Assembly (NCBI GenBank): GCA_977017645.1 | Contig: OZ360234.1 | Coordinates: 17,546,001 to 17,610,000, forward strand | Direction of reading: 5' to 3' | DNA: 64,000 nucleotides | Source: Torpedo marmorata | Taxonomy: Eukaryota | Shown here: positions 37,880 to 50,190 of the stretch, piece by piece | Layout of the letters: each line of letters begins with the position of its first letter | Numbering within the stretch: the first letter of the stretch is position 1 | Notes under the pieces: generated by a model | What the model saw: the letters and a program-made list of their open reading frames with translations, nothing else | Databases searched by the model: none | Told to the model about the DNA's origin: nothing | Program-made: the position numbers and the translations under genes

Positions 37880-38435
37880 TCTGAAGACACACAAGACTAC
37901 AGATGATGGAATATGGAGCAAAAAATAATCTGCTGGAAGAACTCAGTGGGTCGATTGAGAGTGCTGAGGATAGGTAGTCAGTATAATGTGGACAGGGATC
38001 AGACAGGGGCCATCGGGGGATTAGTGAACCAGGGAGAGGTGAAGGATGACAGACAGAGGCAGTTAATTGGCAGGTGCTATAGGGAGAGTGGGACAAGAGA
38101 AAAAAATTGGTCAGGTGCAGCTTGATGAGTCGTACAAGGTTTGATGATGATGGAATCTGAGAAGACAAGGTGAGAATAGTGGTATAATGAGAGCTGTGAG
38201 CAAAGGACGATGGGACTAGATGGACCTGAGGGGAGGGGGAAGAATCCGAAACAGGAATTGTGAGTGGAAGAGGATGGAACTGGAGAAGGAGGGATTCAGT
38301 ATGGGTGGGAGACAAGGTGGGGGTGGGTGGGAAAGGGACAATGGGGTGGGGGAGAATGAAAGAAGCTCAGGAAGAGAGAGGGACGTTACCTAAAATTGAA
38401 AATTTCAATGTTCATACCATTGGGCTGTAGACTGC
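37880..38435 (-). mobile_element. old Penelope-like 3' fragment
   Basis: ctgctggaagaactcag tail, purine-rich UTR complement, LQPNGMNIE.F remnant at about 38400-38435. Confidence 0.6.
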
Positions 38436-39073
38436 TGTTGTGTTGAGAAGAGTATCAGGTTCGGTGGGTTCACAGAGAGACGAGTCTGGACACAAGGATT
38501 ACAATCACACGTAACTTTTATTAACACACACGCACAATTTATAGAAGAGCGTGGGAAAATCGTAATGGGAATAAATCACACCAGCGCACAATTTATAGAA
38601 GAGCGTGGGAAAGAAACAGGGGAGAATGTTAAATGGTACACAATTACTAATTCACATAAACGACGATACAGACATTCACACACTATAAGCATGGGCTCTA
38701 CACACGTTCCCGGACCCCTGATCAGTGGGAGCACGACTCTACTACACACTATAAGCAGGAGTTCTACACATGCTCCTGGACCTCTGACCAGTGGGAGCGC
38801 AGCTCTACTATACACTATAAGCAGGGGTTTCACACATGCTCCCGGACCCCTGATCAGTGGGAGGTGCAGCTCTACTGCAAGTATTGCTACTATCGCAATA
38901 CTACGGCTCAGCTTCAGGGCAGTGCACACCTTACCCGCGACCCTTCCAAGCGACATCCACAGTAGCGACCTGGCATGGAGCGGTGTCCGGGGCTCGGACC
39001 ACGAGGCAGAGAGAGCGAATGTGCTGTGCACTCCTGTTAAATACAGGGCTAATCTTTGTGCCTAGCCAATAAT
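38436..39073 (-). mobile_element. probable LTR fragment with internal tandem repeats
   Basis: Starts with TG; minus-strand TAATAAAA next to a tgtgtg tract; 27-bp direct repeat and three 66-bp repeats; interrupted by CR1. Confidence 0.5.
38679..38877. repeat. 3 x 66-bp tandem repeat
   Basis: Units start at 38679, 38745 and 38811 (cacactataagca...ggacc.ctga.cagtgggag...ctctact). Confidence 0.9.
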
Positions 39074-39511
39074 AGAACACTACAGCACAGAAAACAGGCC
39101 ATTTGGCCCTTCTAGCCTGTGCCGAAACATCATCCCGCTAGTCCCACTGACCTGCACCCATTCCATAACCCTCCAGACCTCTCCCATCCATGTATCTATC
39201 CAATTTACTCTTAAAACTTAAGAGTGAGCCCGCATTTACCACGTCCGATGGCAGCTCGTTCCACGCTCCCACCACTCTGAGTGAAGAAGTTCCCCCTAAA
39301 CCTTTCTCCCTAAAGCCATGTCCTCTTGTATTTACCTCTCCTAATCTAAGTGGAAAGAGCCTACACGCATTTACTCTGTGTATACCTCTCATAATTTTGT
39401 AAACCTCAATCAAATCTCCCCTCATTCTTCTACGCTCCAAGGAATAAAGTCCTAACCTGTTTAATCTTTCCCTGTAACAACTCCTGAAGACCCGGCAACA
39501 TCCTAGTAAAT

Positions 39512-40414
39512 AGAAGTAAAACACGAAAATCTGTAGACACCGTGGTTGAAGTAAAAAACACAAATGCTGGAGAAACTCAGCAGGTCAAACAGTGTCTTTT
39601 ATGTAGCAAAGGTAGAAATACATAACCGACGTTTCAGGCTTGAGCCCTTCATCAAAGTATGAGAAAATGCCGGCAGGCGTCCGAACAAAAGAGTGAGGGG
39701 GGAAGGGGGGTGGCAAAGGCAGGAGATGATAGGTGGAGAAAGGAGGGAGGGGACAGCAGCAAAGAGGGGGAGGAGGGATGGCTGGGTAGGTGGAGAAAAA
39801 CAGGAAGGACAGGTGAGGGGGGAGGGGAAGGGAACGACAAGCAGGTTTAGTGGAAAGCAGAAAAGTCAATGTTAATGCCATCTGGCTGGAGAGTGCCCAG
39901 ACGGAAAATGAGATGTTGTTCCTCCAATTTGCAGGTAGTCTGGGTAGGATAGTACATAAGGCCATGGACAGACATGTGAGTGTGGGAGTATGACCCGGAA
40001 TTGAAATGGTTGGCTACTGGGAGGTCGCTGTTGTTGCGGACGGAGAGGAGGTGGTCAGCAAAGCAGTCTCCCAATCTACGACCGGTCTCTCCAATGTAGA
40101 GAAAGCCACAAAGGGAGCACTGGATGCAGTAAATAAGTTCTCTGGATGTACGTGAAGTGTAGTTTCACTTTGAAGGCTTGTTTGGGGTCCTGGACCGTGG
40201 TGAGGGGGGAGGTGTGGGCGCAGGTGTTGCACCTCCTGCGGGCACAGGGGAAGGTGCCAGGGGTGCGATGGGTGGGGAGGGATGAGTGCATGAGTGAATC
40301 GCGGATGGAGCGGTCCCTACGGAAGGCCGAGAGGGGAGGAGAAGGAAAAATGTGTCTGGTGGTGGGATCCTGTAGTAAGTGCCGGAAATTCCGGCGGATA
40401 ATGTGTTGGATAAT
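39512..40414 (-). mobile_element. Penelope-like element, 5'-truncated
   Basis: GIY-YIG remnants, CARRRCNTC linker, 12-bp TSD atcctagtaaat (39500-39511 and 40415-40426). Confidence 0.9.
39621..39661 (-). ncRNA. minimal hammerhead-ribozyme-like motif (best-preserved copy)
   Basis: Minus strand catact-ttgatga-a-gggc tcaa gcct-gaaacgtc-ggttatg. Confidence 0.6.
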
Positions 40415-40491
40415 ATCCTAGTAAATCTTCTCTGCACTCTTTTAAATCTTACTGATATCCTTTCAATAATGACACTAAGTGATTTGAATTA

Positions 40492-41130
40492 GGAATTTCC
40501 GGCACTTACTACAGGATCCTACCACCAGACACATTTTTCCTTCTCCTCCCCTCTCAGCCTTCGTAGGGACCGCTCCTTCCGCGATTTCCTCATGCACTCA
40601 TCCCTCCCCACCCATCGCACCCCCGTCACCTTCCCCTGTGCCCGCAGAAGGTGCAACACGCGACCACACCTCCTCCCTCACCACAGTCCGGGGCCCCAAA
40701 CAGGCCTTTCAAGTGAAGCAACACTTCACTTGTACATCCAGAGAACTTATTTACTGCATCCGGTGCTCCCTTTGTGGCATTCTCTACATCAGAGAGACCG
40801 GTCGTAGATTGGGAGATCGCTTCGCTGAGCACCTCCTCTCCGTCCGCAACAACAGCGACCTCCCAGTAGACAACCATTTCAATTCCGAGTCACGCTCACG
40901 TGTCTGTCCATGGCCTTATGTACTATCCCACCCAAACCACCCGCAAATTGGAGGAACATCATCTTATTTTCCATCTGGGCACTCTCCAGCCAGATGGCAT
41001 TAACATTGACTTTTCTGCCTTCCACTAAACCTGCTTGACTTTTCCTTCCCCTCCCCCCTTACCTGTCCTTCCAGTTTGTTTCCAGCCATCCCCCCTCCTC
41101 CTCTTTGCTGCTGTCCCCTCCCTCCTTTCT
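40492..41130 (+). mobile_element. Penelope-like element fragment
   Basis: LIYCIRCSLCGILYI.ETGRRLGDRFAEHL; inverted relative to 39512-40414. Confidence 0.88.
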
Positions 41131-41429
41131 CTTGAAACTTCCTACACTAATCATAAACTACAAAAAGGCCGGTCTGCATTATTGAACCACTGTTTTTCTT
41201 TTATCACTGTAACTGAATATTTATTATCTATCTTTTCTATTATCTTTTTCTGTACAATGATTTAATGTATACCATTGGAGTCGGTTATTGTTTTTACAAA
41301 GCATTCATTTAGCTGCAGCAAGTAAAAAATTTGATTCATATGTACATTGCACTTAATGTGTTTAACAATTTGATCATAAATTGTTAATTTTTACCTCCAC
41401 CAACATCTTCATTAACCTGTCTAAACAAT

Positions 41430-41800
41430 AAAGGTTTTCTCCCCTCGAGTCCCAGCACTCGGCGGAACAATCCTCTGCTTCCAGTCACCAACTCGCGAGT
41501 CGGAGCGCAGAACGGACGGACCGGATTATGGCTCGAGGTTTGCGGTGTCTGGTTTCTGCACTGATACCTCATACATTCATCAACACGGGTGCACAGCAGG
41601 TCGGTTTTTCCTCTGGTTGCCTCTTTTCTTCTGAAGGAACCGATTTACAGTGTTTGTTTGTCTCCTCGAACGGCCCTCGCAACTGTCCGCCCGCGTTCTC
41701 CGTCCGCACTCGTCCTCCCAGAGTGGCCCGGAGCAGGACGTTGCACCTCGGGCCACTCTGCATGCACTTCTACGTTGTATTTAATTTACAAAGATCGTAA
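41430..41800 (+). promoter_or_regulatory. CpG-rich candidate promoter / non-coding first exon of SNRNP35
   Basis: Unique CpG-rich tract with the palindrome actcgcgagt (41491-41500, similar to the TCTCGCGAGA promoter motif) and a possible donor CAG|gtcggt at 41600. It is the nearest such tract upstream of the SNRNP35 acceptor. Confidence 0.5.
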
Positions 41801-42120
41801 CAATGTTTAAAATATAGAGCTACGTTTTATCTGCAAAGAAACTTTCCAAAAACTCGGGGTTCTTTGTGTTACATTCACAGATGATCATAGCAGTCCTCAA
41901 CTCCTGTCGGTGCCTTCCGATTATACGTATTTTCAATGGGAGCCAAACTTCCTGACTAACAGTTGATTGGTTTCACTGCAGAGTGCATGATTGAGGATTT
42001 TATTTGACCAGACGTAGTTGTTTTAATGCTCACCTGTCACCTCAAAGGGGATAACAGAAAATAAAGGTAATCACTTAATCTGCAGATGTTGGGGTCCATC
42101 CAGTGCAGTGTTGGAGAAAC

Positions 42121-43225
42121 TCAGAATCAGAATTTATTGTCATGAACAAGTCACGAAATTCGGTGTTTTGCAGCAGCATCATAGTGCAAACATTCATATT
42201 ATGAACCATCTTACAACAATAATATAAAAAATAAAAATAGTAGTGCACGAAAAGTAAGGCAGTGTCTTTGGTTCATTGATTACCGTATTCAGGAATCTGA
42301 TGGCAGAGGGGAAAAAGCTGTCCTTGTGCCGCTGAGTGCTCGTCTTTAGGCTCCTGTACCTTTTTCCCGATGGTATAGTGAAGAGGGCATGGCCTGGGTG
42401 GTGGGGGTCTTTGAGGATAGAGGCTGCTTTTTTAAGACACCGCCTCATGTTGATGTCCTCGATGGAGTGGAGTCTGGTGCCTATGATGTTGCAGGCCGAG
42501 TTCACAATCCTCTGGAGTTTTTTCTTGACCTGAGATTTGGCGCCTCCATACCAGACAGTGATGCAACCAGCCAGTATTCTCTCCACGGTACACTTGTAGA
42601 AGTTTTCGAGAGTCTTCGGTGACATGCCGGATCTCCTCAAGCACCTCACAAAGTATAGCCGCTGGCTGGAATTCTTCGTGATTGCATCAACATGGAGGCT
42701 CCAGGACAAATCCTCGGAGATGTTGACACCCAGGAATTTGAAGTTCTTGACCCTCCACTACTGAGCCCTCGATGAGGACTGGGTCGTGTTCCCCTGACTC
42801 CCTCCTGAAGTCCACAATCATCTCCTTGGTTTTGCTAACGTTGAGCGCAAGGTTGTTGTTGTGACACCACTCAACGAGCTGATCTATCTCCTTCTTGTAC
42901 ACTTCCTCATTTCCGTTTGTGATTCTGCCGACAACTGTGGTGTCATCGGCAAACTTGTAGATAGCATTGGAATTGTTCCTGGCCACAGTCATGGGTGCAT
43001 AATGAGTAGAGCAGTGGGCTTAAGCACGCATCCTTGGGGTGCGCCTGTGTTGATAATCAGTTGCTTCAAATTCGTACTGACTGTGGTCTTCCGATGAGAA
43101 AGTCAAGGATCCAATTGCAGAGTGGGGTACAGAGGCCCAGAGTTTGTAGCTTCTTGACCAGCACTGAGGGAATAATGGTATTGAAGGCTGAGCTGTAGTC
43201 GATGAAGAGCAGCCGTACGTATGGT
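42121..43225 (-). mobile_element. Rex-Babar LINE 3' portion
   Basis: [40 protein letters not shown] and (ttctga)n tail. Confidence 0.9.
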
Positions 43226-43619
43226 CATGCAGCATTCGGGGAGAGCAAAAAGCAGTGGATGTTTTGGGCTTGAACCAAGTGATGAAATATTGCTTCACTG
43301 AATAGTCGACGACCATTTGTATTTATAAAGGAATATTCCTGAACTGAATTTGTGCCATGTGTGAATTAAAGGAAGAAATTGTGTGAAAGTGGACATAAAT
43401 TGTGCTTGTTGCTGCCATTTAAGCTACATTGCCACCTAATGTGAGTTACTTATACAGGCCAAATTCCATTTGAAAGTTTGAGGTTACAGATGCAAGGCCA
43501 AGGACTTACATTGGTGAACAAAAAGTTAATTAGGATGTTTTTTTTAAAAAAAGTAGAAAGTTGAGTTGCAATATGTCATTAGATATGTTTATAGTACATG
43601 AAGAATCCTCGCAGGCCTC

Positions 43620-45800
43620 TCAGCCCTTGGTGTCTCTGCTCCCAGTTTCTGAGGTTGACATGAACTGAACCTTCAGGAGGGTGAATCTTGGAAAATCCTG
43701 CGGCCCAGGTGTACCTGGCCGTGTCATTAAAACCCATGTGAACCAACTGGCTGAAGGTTTTGCAGACAATTTCAATGTCTTGCTCCAACAGTCAGAGGTC
43801 CCTGCCTGCTTCAAAACTTCTGGAGTTCAAGAAGAGCAAGGTGATCTGCCTCAACAACTATTGGTGGCACTTCTATCTTCTGTGCTGAAGTGCTTTGGCT
43901 ATGGAGCAGATGAACTTCTATCTCAGGAAGGATCTAGAGTTCAAAAGTAAATCATGAAAATCTGTGGACACCGTGGTTGAAGTAAAAAACACAAAATGCT
44001 GGAGAAGCTCAGCAGGTCAAACAGTGTCCTTAATGGAGCAGAGCAAAGGTAGAAATACATAACCAACATTTCGGGCCTGAGCCCTTCAACAAGGTATGAG
44101 AGAATGCCGGCAGGCATCCGAACAAAAGGGGAGGGGGGGTGCAAAGGCAGGAGAAGATAGGTGGATGAGGGGACAGCAGCAATGAGGGGGAGGAGGGATG
44201 GCTGGGTGGGTAAGGAGGAAGGGAGGGGAAAAACTGGAAAGACAGGAAAGGGGGAGTGGAAAGAAAAGGCGAGCAAGTTTAGTAGAAGGCAGAGAAATCA
44301 ATGTAAATGCCATTTGGCTGGAGAGTGCCCAGACGGAAGATAAGGTGTTGTTCCTCCAATCTGCGGGTGGTCAGGGTAGAATAGTGCAAAAGGCCATGGA
44401 CAGACATGTGAGTCTGGGAGTGTGACCCAGAATTGAAATGGTTGGCTACTGGGAGGTCGCTGTGGTTGCGGACGGAGAGGAGGTGCTCGGCAAAGCGATC
44501 TCCCAATCTGCGACCGGTCTCTCCGATGTAGAGAACGCCACAAAGGGAGCACCGGATGCAGTAAATGAGTCCTGCGGATATACAAGTGAAGTTTTGCTTC
44601 ACTTGAAAGGCCTGTTTGGGGCCCCGGACCATGGTGAGGGAGGAGGTGTGGGCGCAAGTGTTGCACCTCCTGCGGCCACAGGGGAAGGTGCCGGGGGGGG
44701 ATAGGTGGGGATGGATGAGTGAACAAGGGAATCACGGAGGGAGCGGTACCTGCGGAAGGCCGAGGGGAGGAGAAGGAAAAATGTGTCTGGTGGTGGGATC
44801 CTGTAGTAAGTGCCGGAAATTCCGGTGGATAATGTGTTGAATGCGGAGGCTGGTGGGGTGGTAGGTGAGGATACCTATCGTCACAACAGATGACAGATGC
44901 CATCTCGCTGGTCTTGCACTCTAGGCATTAGATCACCTTGGACCACAAGAAAACCTACGTCAGGCTTTTGTTTATTGACTGCAACCCGGCATTCAACAGC
45001 TGTGTAACAAGTTCAGCTCTAACACAATCTATAAAGTTGTTGATGACACCACTGTTTTTGATTGAGTAATTGGAAATGAGTCAGAATACAGGCTGGAGAT
45101 GAGAATCTGGTTGGGTAGTGCCAGAACAAATCTTGCTCTCAATGTCACTGACCAAGGATCTTATTGTCGATTTTAGGAAGGAGGGGCAGAGGGACCACCT
45201 GTCTGGATTGATGGGACAGGGGTGGAGAGGGTTAGTACTTCAAGTTCCTGGGAGTATATATTTCAGAAGATCTTTCCAGGAGCCAGCACAGAAACTGTGG
45301 AAAAAGTCACACCAACGTCTATAATTTCTAAGAAGTCTGAGGAGATTTGGCATGTCATTGAATACTCTTATCAAACATCCACAGGTGTACTGTGGAAAGT
45401 ATATGATTGGTTGCTTGACAGTAATTTGAGTGCCCAGGAACACAGAAGGATGCAGAAGGTAGCAAACATAGGCTGGCCCATCACGGACTCTGATGTGAGG
45501 TGCTGTCTCAAGAAAGCAGCCAGTCATAAAGGACCCCATCACCCTGGTCACAACCTTTTCTCACAGCTACCTTCAGATAAGCCTGAAGACCAATACCTCC
45601 AGGTTCAAGAAGTTTTTTTCCAACTGCTATCGCGATATTGTAACGCTATTATAACGCTTATCATGGACTGCTCTGACATCACAGGGCTGTCTACACTATT
45701 GAAAGGTACTTTTTTCTTGCACTATGGTAACTGAACATTTATTATCTATATTTTGTATTTTTTCACTGTTCTTGTTTGGCTGAAGCTAGCAGGAATTTGG
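43620..45800 (+). mobile_element. decayed Rex-Babar LINE split by a Penelope insertion
   Basis: GP.VPGRV.K..NQLA..F.D.FN at 43681-43940; continues after 44875 with [21 protein letters not shown] and HPGHNLFS.LPS. Confidence 0.7.
43945..44872 (-). mobile_element. Penelope-like element, 5'-truncated
   Basis: Open GIY-YIG domain at 44279-44632 (LIYCIRCSLCGVLYIGETGRRLGDRFAEHL..LEEQHLIFRLGTLQPNGI); hammerhead-like tail at 44058-44098. Confidence 0.9.
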
Positions 45801-46377
45801 TGCAAATAATGTATGTGCTCCCTTTTTCACATTTATATAACTTTCTAGCAACCAAGAGCTTTAATAAAACATGAATTTGAAATAATTAGGAAAATCAATC
45901 CAACAGCCAATGACAAACACCATTTTCAAACTTACAGCAATGGTCTGTGCTAAATTATAAAATGGCAAGAATGTCCCAGGATTGAATTTAAGGCAGGGCT
46001 GACGTGGACCATCTCAGTCTCTTTCATGTCAGGAAATAAAAGCAGCTTTTGATGATTTTTTTTATTGGACTGGGAATTGGAAAGTGCTCGTAGATCCAGC
46101 AAATTGTTCATGGCAGAGATCATGTAACATTATGTGAAGGAAAGGTTGTCTTGAACTGTGATGTTAATGCCATGCATGGATAAAGGTTTATCATCCATTT
46201 CTGTGATTGGTGGTTTTGCACAGCATTCAATTACTGCCTGCATTGGTACTGTATCTGCTTGTACCAGTTTTCTGGGATCACAACATGGATGCAGCTTTTT
46301 TAATGAGTGGGACACTGATAATTAAAAAAAAAAAACACTTTGTGACTTAATTCAATAGTACTTGTTTGTGTTTCAGC

Positions 46378-47142
46378 ATGATGAGTGAGTATTGGACTCC
46401 AATTGCGAAGCAGTATAACCCACTAAAAGCTGGAAGCATTGATGGCACAGATGAAGAGCCCCACGACCGAGCTGTCTCAAGGGCAATTGCAGCCACATAC
46501 AGACCGAATAAGGGTGTTATAGGAGATCCCCACCTGACCCTCTTTGTTGCCAGGTTGAATCCTCAGACATCTGAAGAAAAATTAAAAGATACTTTCTCAC
46601 GATTTGGAGACATCCGTAGACTGAGGCTTGTGCGGGACATTGTCACTGGATTTTCCAAATGCTATGGTTTCATCGAATACAAGGACGAGCGTTCATTATT
46701 AAAGGCACATCGGGATAGCAATAAATTAGTGGTGGACCAAAATGAAATATTTGTGGATTTTGAATTGGAACGGTCTTTGAAAGGCTGGGTTCCACGGAGA
46801 TTTGGTGGAGGTTTAGGAGGTAAAAAGGAATCTGGCCAGCTGCGGTTTGGTGGGCGGGATCGTCCGTTTAGGAAGCCTTTCAGCCTGCCAGCGTTGAAAG
46901 CAGAATTGTACACTGAAGGACCAGCTGACAAACTGGATAGAACAAGGGATAACTGGCAGTGGGAAAGAGGTCGAGATCGGGACAGGCGAAGAGAGGAGAG
47001 GGGTGAGGAAAGAGAAAAGCATGGTGGAGACAGGGAGCGATACAGAAGTCGGGAAAGGGATCATAAACGCCAAAGAGATGAAGATCGATATAAAGATGAA
47101 GACAGACACCAACGTAGAGAGAAACATAAAACACGACGGTAG
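46378..47142 (+). CDS. SNRNP35: U11/U12 small nuclear ribonucleoprotein 35 kDa protein
   Basis: W.PIAK.Y.PLKAGSIDGTDE.PHDRA, RRM (TLFVARLN..RDIVTGFSKCYGFIEY), GWVPRRFGGGLGGKKESGQLRFGGRDRPFRKP and an RD/RE-rich tail. Acceptor tttcag ends at 46376, just before the ATG. Confidence 0.97.
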   Translation: MMSEYWTPIAKQYNPLKAGSIDGTDEEPHDRAVSRAIAATYRPNKGVIGDPHLTLFVARLNPQTSEEKLKDTFSRFGDIRRLRLVRDIVTGFSKCYGFIEYKDERSLLKAHRDSNKLVVDQNEIFVDFELERSLKGWVPRRFGGGLGGKKESGQLRFGGRDRPFRKPFSLPALKAELYTEGPADKLDRTRDNWQWERGRDRDRRREERGEEREKHGGDRERYRSRERDHKRQRDEDRYKDEDRHQRREKHKTRR

Positions 47143-47184
47143 AAGTTAATACTATTTTTAACTACAATCTAACTGCTACAAATC

Positions 47185-47382
47185 TGAAATAAAAGATGAA
47201 AATGCTGGAAATGCCAACAATGCTGGAAGATCGCTTTTGTGGAAAGAGAAACATTTTAGACGAGAAACCTTTTGTCAGAACCAATTTCTGATGATCTTCC
47301 AGCTAAAACATTTAACTCGTTTCTCTTTCCAAGACATCGGTGTATCTGCTCAGTGTTTCCAGCATTTTCTGGTTTTATTTCA
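47185..47382. repeat. about 200-bp palindrome of two inverted Penelope-type tails in the SNRNP35 3' UTR
   Basis: Pairing segments tgaaataaaa/ttttatttca, gaaaatgctggaaa/tttccagcattttc, gaaagagaaac/gtttctctttc and tcagaa/ttctga. Confidence 0.75.
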
Positions 47383-50190
47383 TTTTTTGGCTGTTTTAGA
47401 ATGCATAATTTAATGTTTAATTTGAAGTGGATAAATTACTATCTTTCTACAACTTTGTTGGCTTTTGTTGTAGTTTTCACTGAAGCAAATCAATAGCTTC
47501 CATGCTCCATTTGAAATGATTTGGTGATCTTTATTTTACTCAGACCTATTGGTTTACTACACATGGATGCAAAATTGAATACTTTTGTTTGCAAAATGAA
47601 CAATTGTTGTGACAGACTTTTTAAATAAATCTTTCTCATCCTATCTTTTGGAAGTATTTACTGGAAGCCACATCCATTGGTTTTGCAGCAATTTCCCATT
47701 AAGTTTACTTTGTAAACTTTGCCGACTGCAAGTGGGATACGATTCCACAATTGTCTGTAACTATCTCCACTTCATCCAAAGTGATACAAAGTTAGAGATG
47801 TTGAAAGACTATTCAGGCTATGGCTCAGTGAAACCATGACTAATTTGTAGCATTAAGTGTGTGTGAGCATTATCACTGTATGGTGAGAAAGCAAATAAAT
47901 GTTCCTTGATTTTATCATCTCCTCAGCCTTGGTCTATGAAAGCCTTCTGAAAGAACTTGAGTAGCGGCATGGCTCAAATAAGCAAATTCAGTGAACGCTT
48001 GCAATCAACCCCAACATTTAGAAAAGCTTTTCTTCATTTGCTTTTGAGAAGCCAACAAGTACATCTTTATCACATAATGCTCTTGGATAAGAGTAATGTA
48101 GTTGATGAGGTAGAAGTGTTCTTGATGAGAGGTATTGCAATGGAGTTGATGATTACCACTGAACAGATAAAAATCTGACCCTGCAGCAGTGTGATGGTAA
48201 ATTAACGAAGTAATTTTTGTGTTAAACTGTTTTTGGATGTGTAGCATTGGGGACAAAGTATTTCATTTGATTCTAGAATGAGGGAGTGGGTTTGATACAA
48301 GAACAATGACAGAATCCACAAATTCATCTATTTAATTTTTTCTCAAATAAAACAATGTATTTATGAAGTAGCTATTAATAATGCCATTAACTCAAAAACA
48401 AACATTTATCTAAAATTCGTTTTCCTTTTAATGTGGCAAAACATGTCAAGGGGTCTTAAAAGGAGTGATATCACAATAAAAATGAATGTTCTTGCGAGCA
48501 GTGAGTTTGTTGGTTGAGAAATAAATGTTGAGCTACAGCCCAATTTTAAAAATTCCACGAGGAACTTCGTGTCATAGTCCTTTAGATAAAAATAGTCTAA
48601 TGACCAGAATAACCCAAATCGTAATTGGGGAATAATGAAATACAACAGTAGTTGAGCTGTAGTTTCCTGTAGTGGGCAAAGCACTTGTTTTTGATTCTTC
48701 CCAGTGACAGCCTGTATGGCAAAGTTTAATTAAATGTTGCATAATTCTTTTCTTGTTACAGGCAGATTCAGCAACCACTGTCCATATCCGAACAATTCTG
48801 TCACCATGACAGAATAATCAAACCCCTCTGGTTCTGTAGATATCCCCAGTTTCCTATGCTGTTGTGGAACTACACCAGTTTTTGAGGTAGTTCTCTGTAT
48901 TCAAAGACGGAAATCAGGCATATTAGCAAATAAAACAGAATCTTAAAAAGTCACTTTAATAAATAAATCCTGACATTAGAAGAATCCATTTATTTTTGAC
49001 TGATTAAAAGCCAATCCACTTCAAAAAACATATACAATTTTACTGATAATTAATATTTTCAAATGTAATATGGGGAGACAAATACACAATTTGCATATAA
49101 ATTATATGTTCCAGTAACTCGTCTTAAATGGATTTACAAAAGTTATCCACAACATGTGACCTATTGCCTTAAAGTAATAAGAAATCTTATTTGAAATACT
49201 GCATTTGCAAAGAATCGCTGAAAATTTGTATTAGGTAAACATAAAATTGTAGAAAATACAAATTATAAACAAAATTATGGTTTGATAATCTTTGGTTATG
49301 ATCGAGATTTACATGTACCATTGGAAACATCATCCTATTAGCACAACATCAAGTGCTAATTTAACAGAAATGGTTAGCATTGTTAACTTTTAAATTGCCT
49401 GTTATGTTTTAAAAATACAAAAATATTTAAAATAACTAGATATTTAAAATAACTAGGCAAATCAAAACAAAAGGAACTAAGCTGGTATAATTTGTTCAGG
49501 GTAAAATTCCTGGCAAATAAGTCAGTTGCAGTGAAACAAGCAAACTTTATTTCACAATGAGGAGCATCGTTCATCATTGTGAAATCCAAGCCTCTCATCA
49601 CTAAATTAAATATGGCTTCTCACAACAGAACCATCTCAGGCATTTTACACATGTTAAAAAGGGCCATTTTCTCCGTTGTTGAGTGTTACAAACTCATTGA
49701 AGTAGATTTTTATTTTGGTGCCTTCGTGGCGAGGATACAAAATTAACACTCCTGATAAGTTGTCCTCTAGAAATCCCTAATTGTTTTTTTACTTCAATGA
49801 ATGATTCATAAGAGTCAACCAGCAAAAGCAGTTACGTTCCCTTTCGCAGGTTCAAAAATGTGAACCATTCTTAACCTTCACCTCCAAACCTTCTGCTTCA
49901 ACGTGAGAGATGGAGACCCAACTACTCTACATACATTTGTTTCCCCAAATCATGACTTTTGATTGTAATGCAAAATATATCTACAAAATTTGAACATTTA
50001 CATCAAATATATACAAGCAAACTGACTAGCCCTGGAGCAAGCTTAGGGTCTAATTTACAACCACAGGCTGACAAACATTTTCAACAATCCTCTCCCACTC
50101 TTGTAAAATTAAACCACAATATTGGGAGAGGGTATATACATTTGCAATAACTATATCTAAGCTTTCGCAGTGAATATTAAAGAGCAACTT

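Larger units (their letters stand above)
39074..40463 (-). mobile_element. CR1 3' fragment split by a Penelope insertion
   Basis: ERLNRLGLYSLERRRMRGDLIEVYKIM and TRGH; flanked by caataat repeats. Confidence 0.85.

Noticed and set aside
38679-38877. CRISPR-like array
   Set aside because: Contiguous degenerate tandem units with no unique spacers, eukaryotic context, no cas genes.
46366-46377. Upstream start MCFS for SNRNP35 from the ORF track
   Set aside because: TTG start inside the intron acceptor; the first ATG is at 46378.
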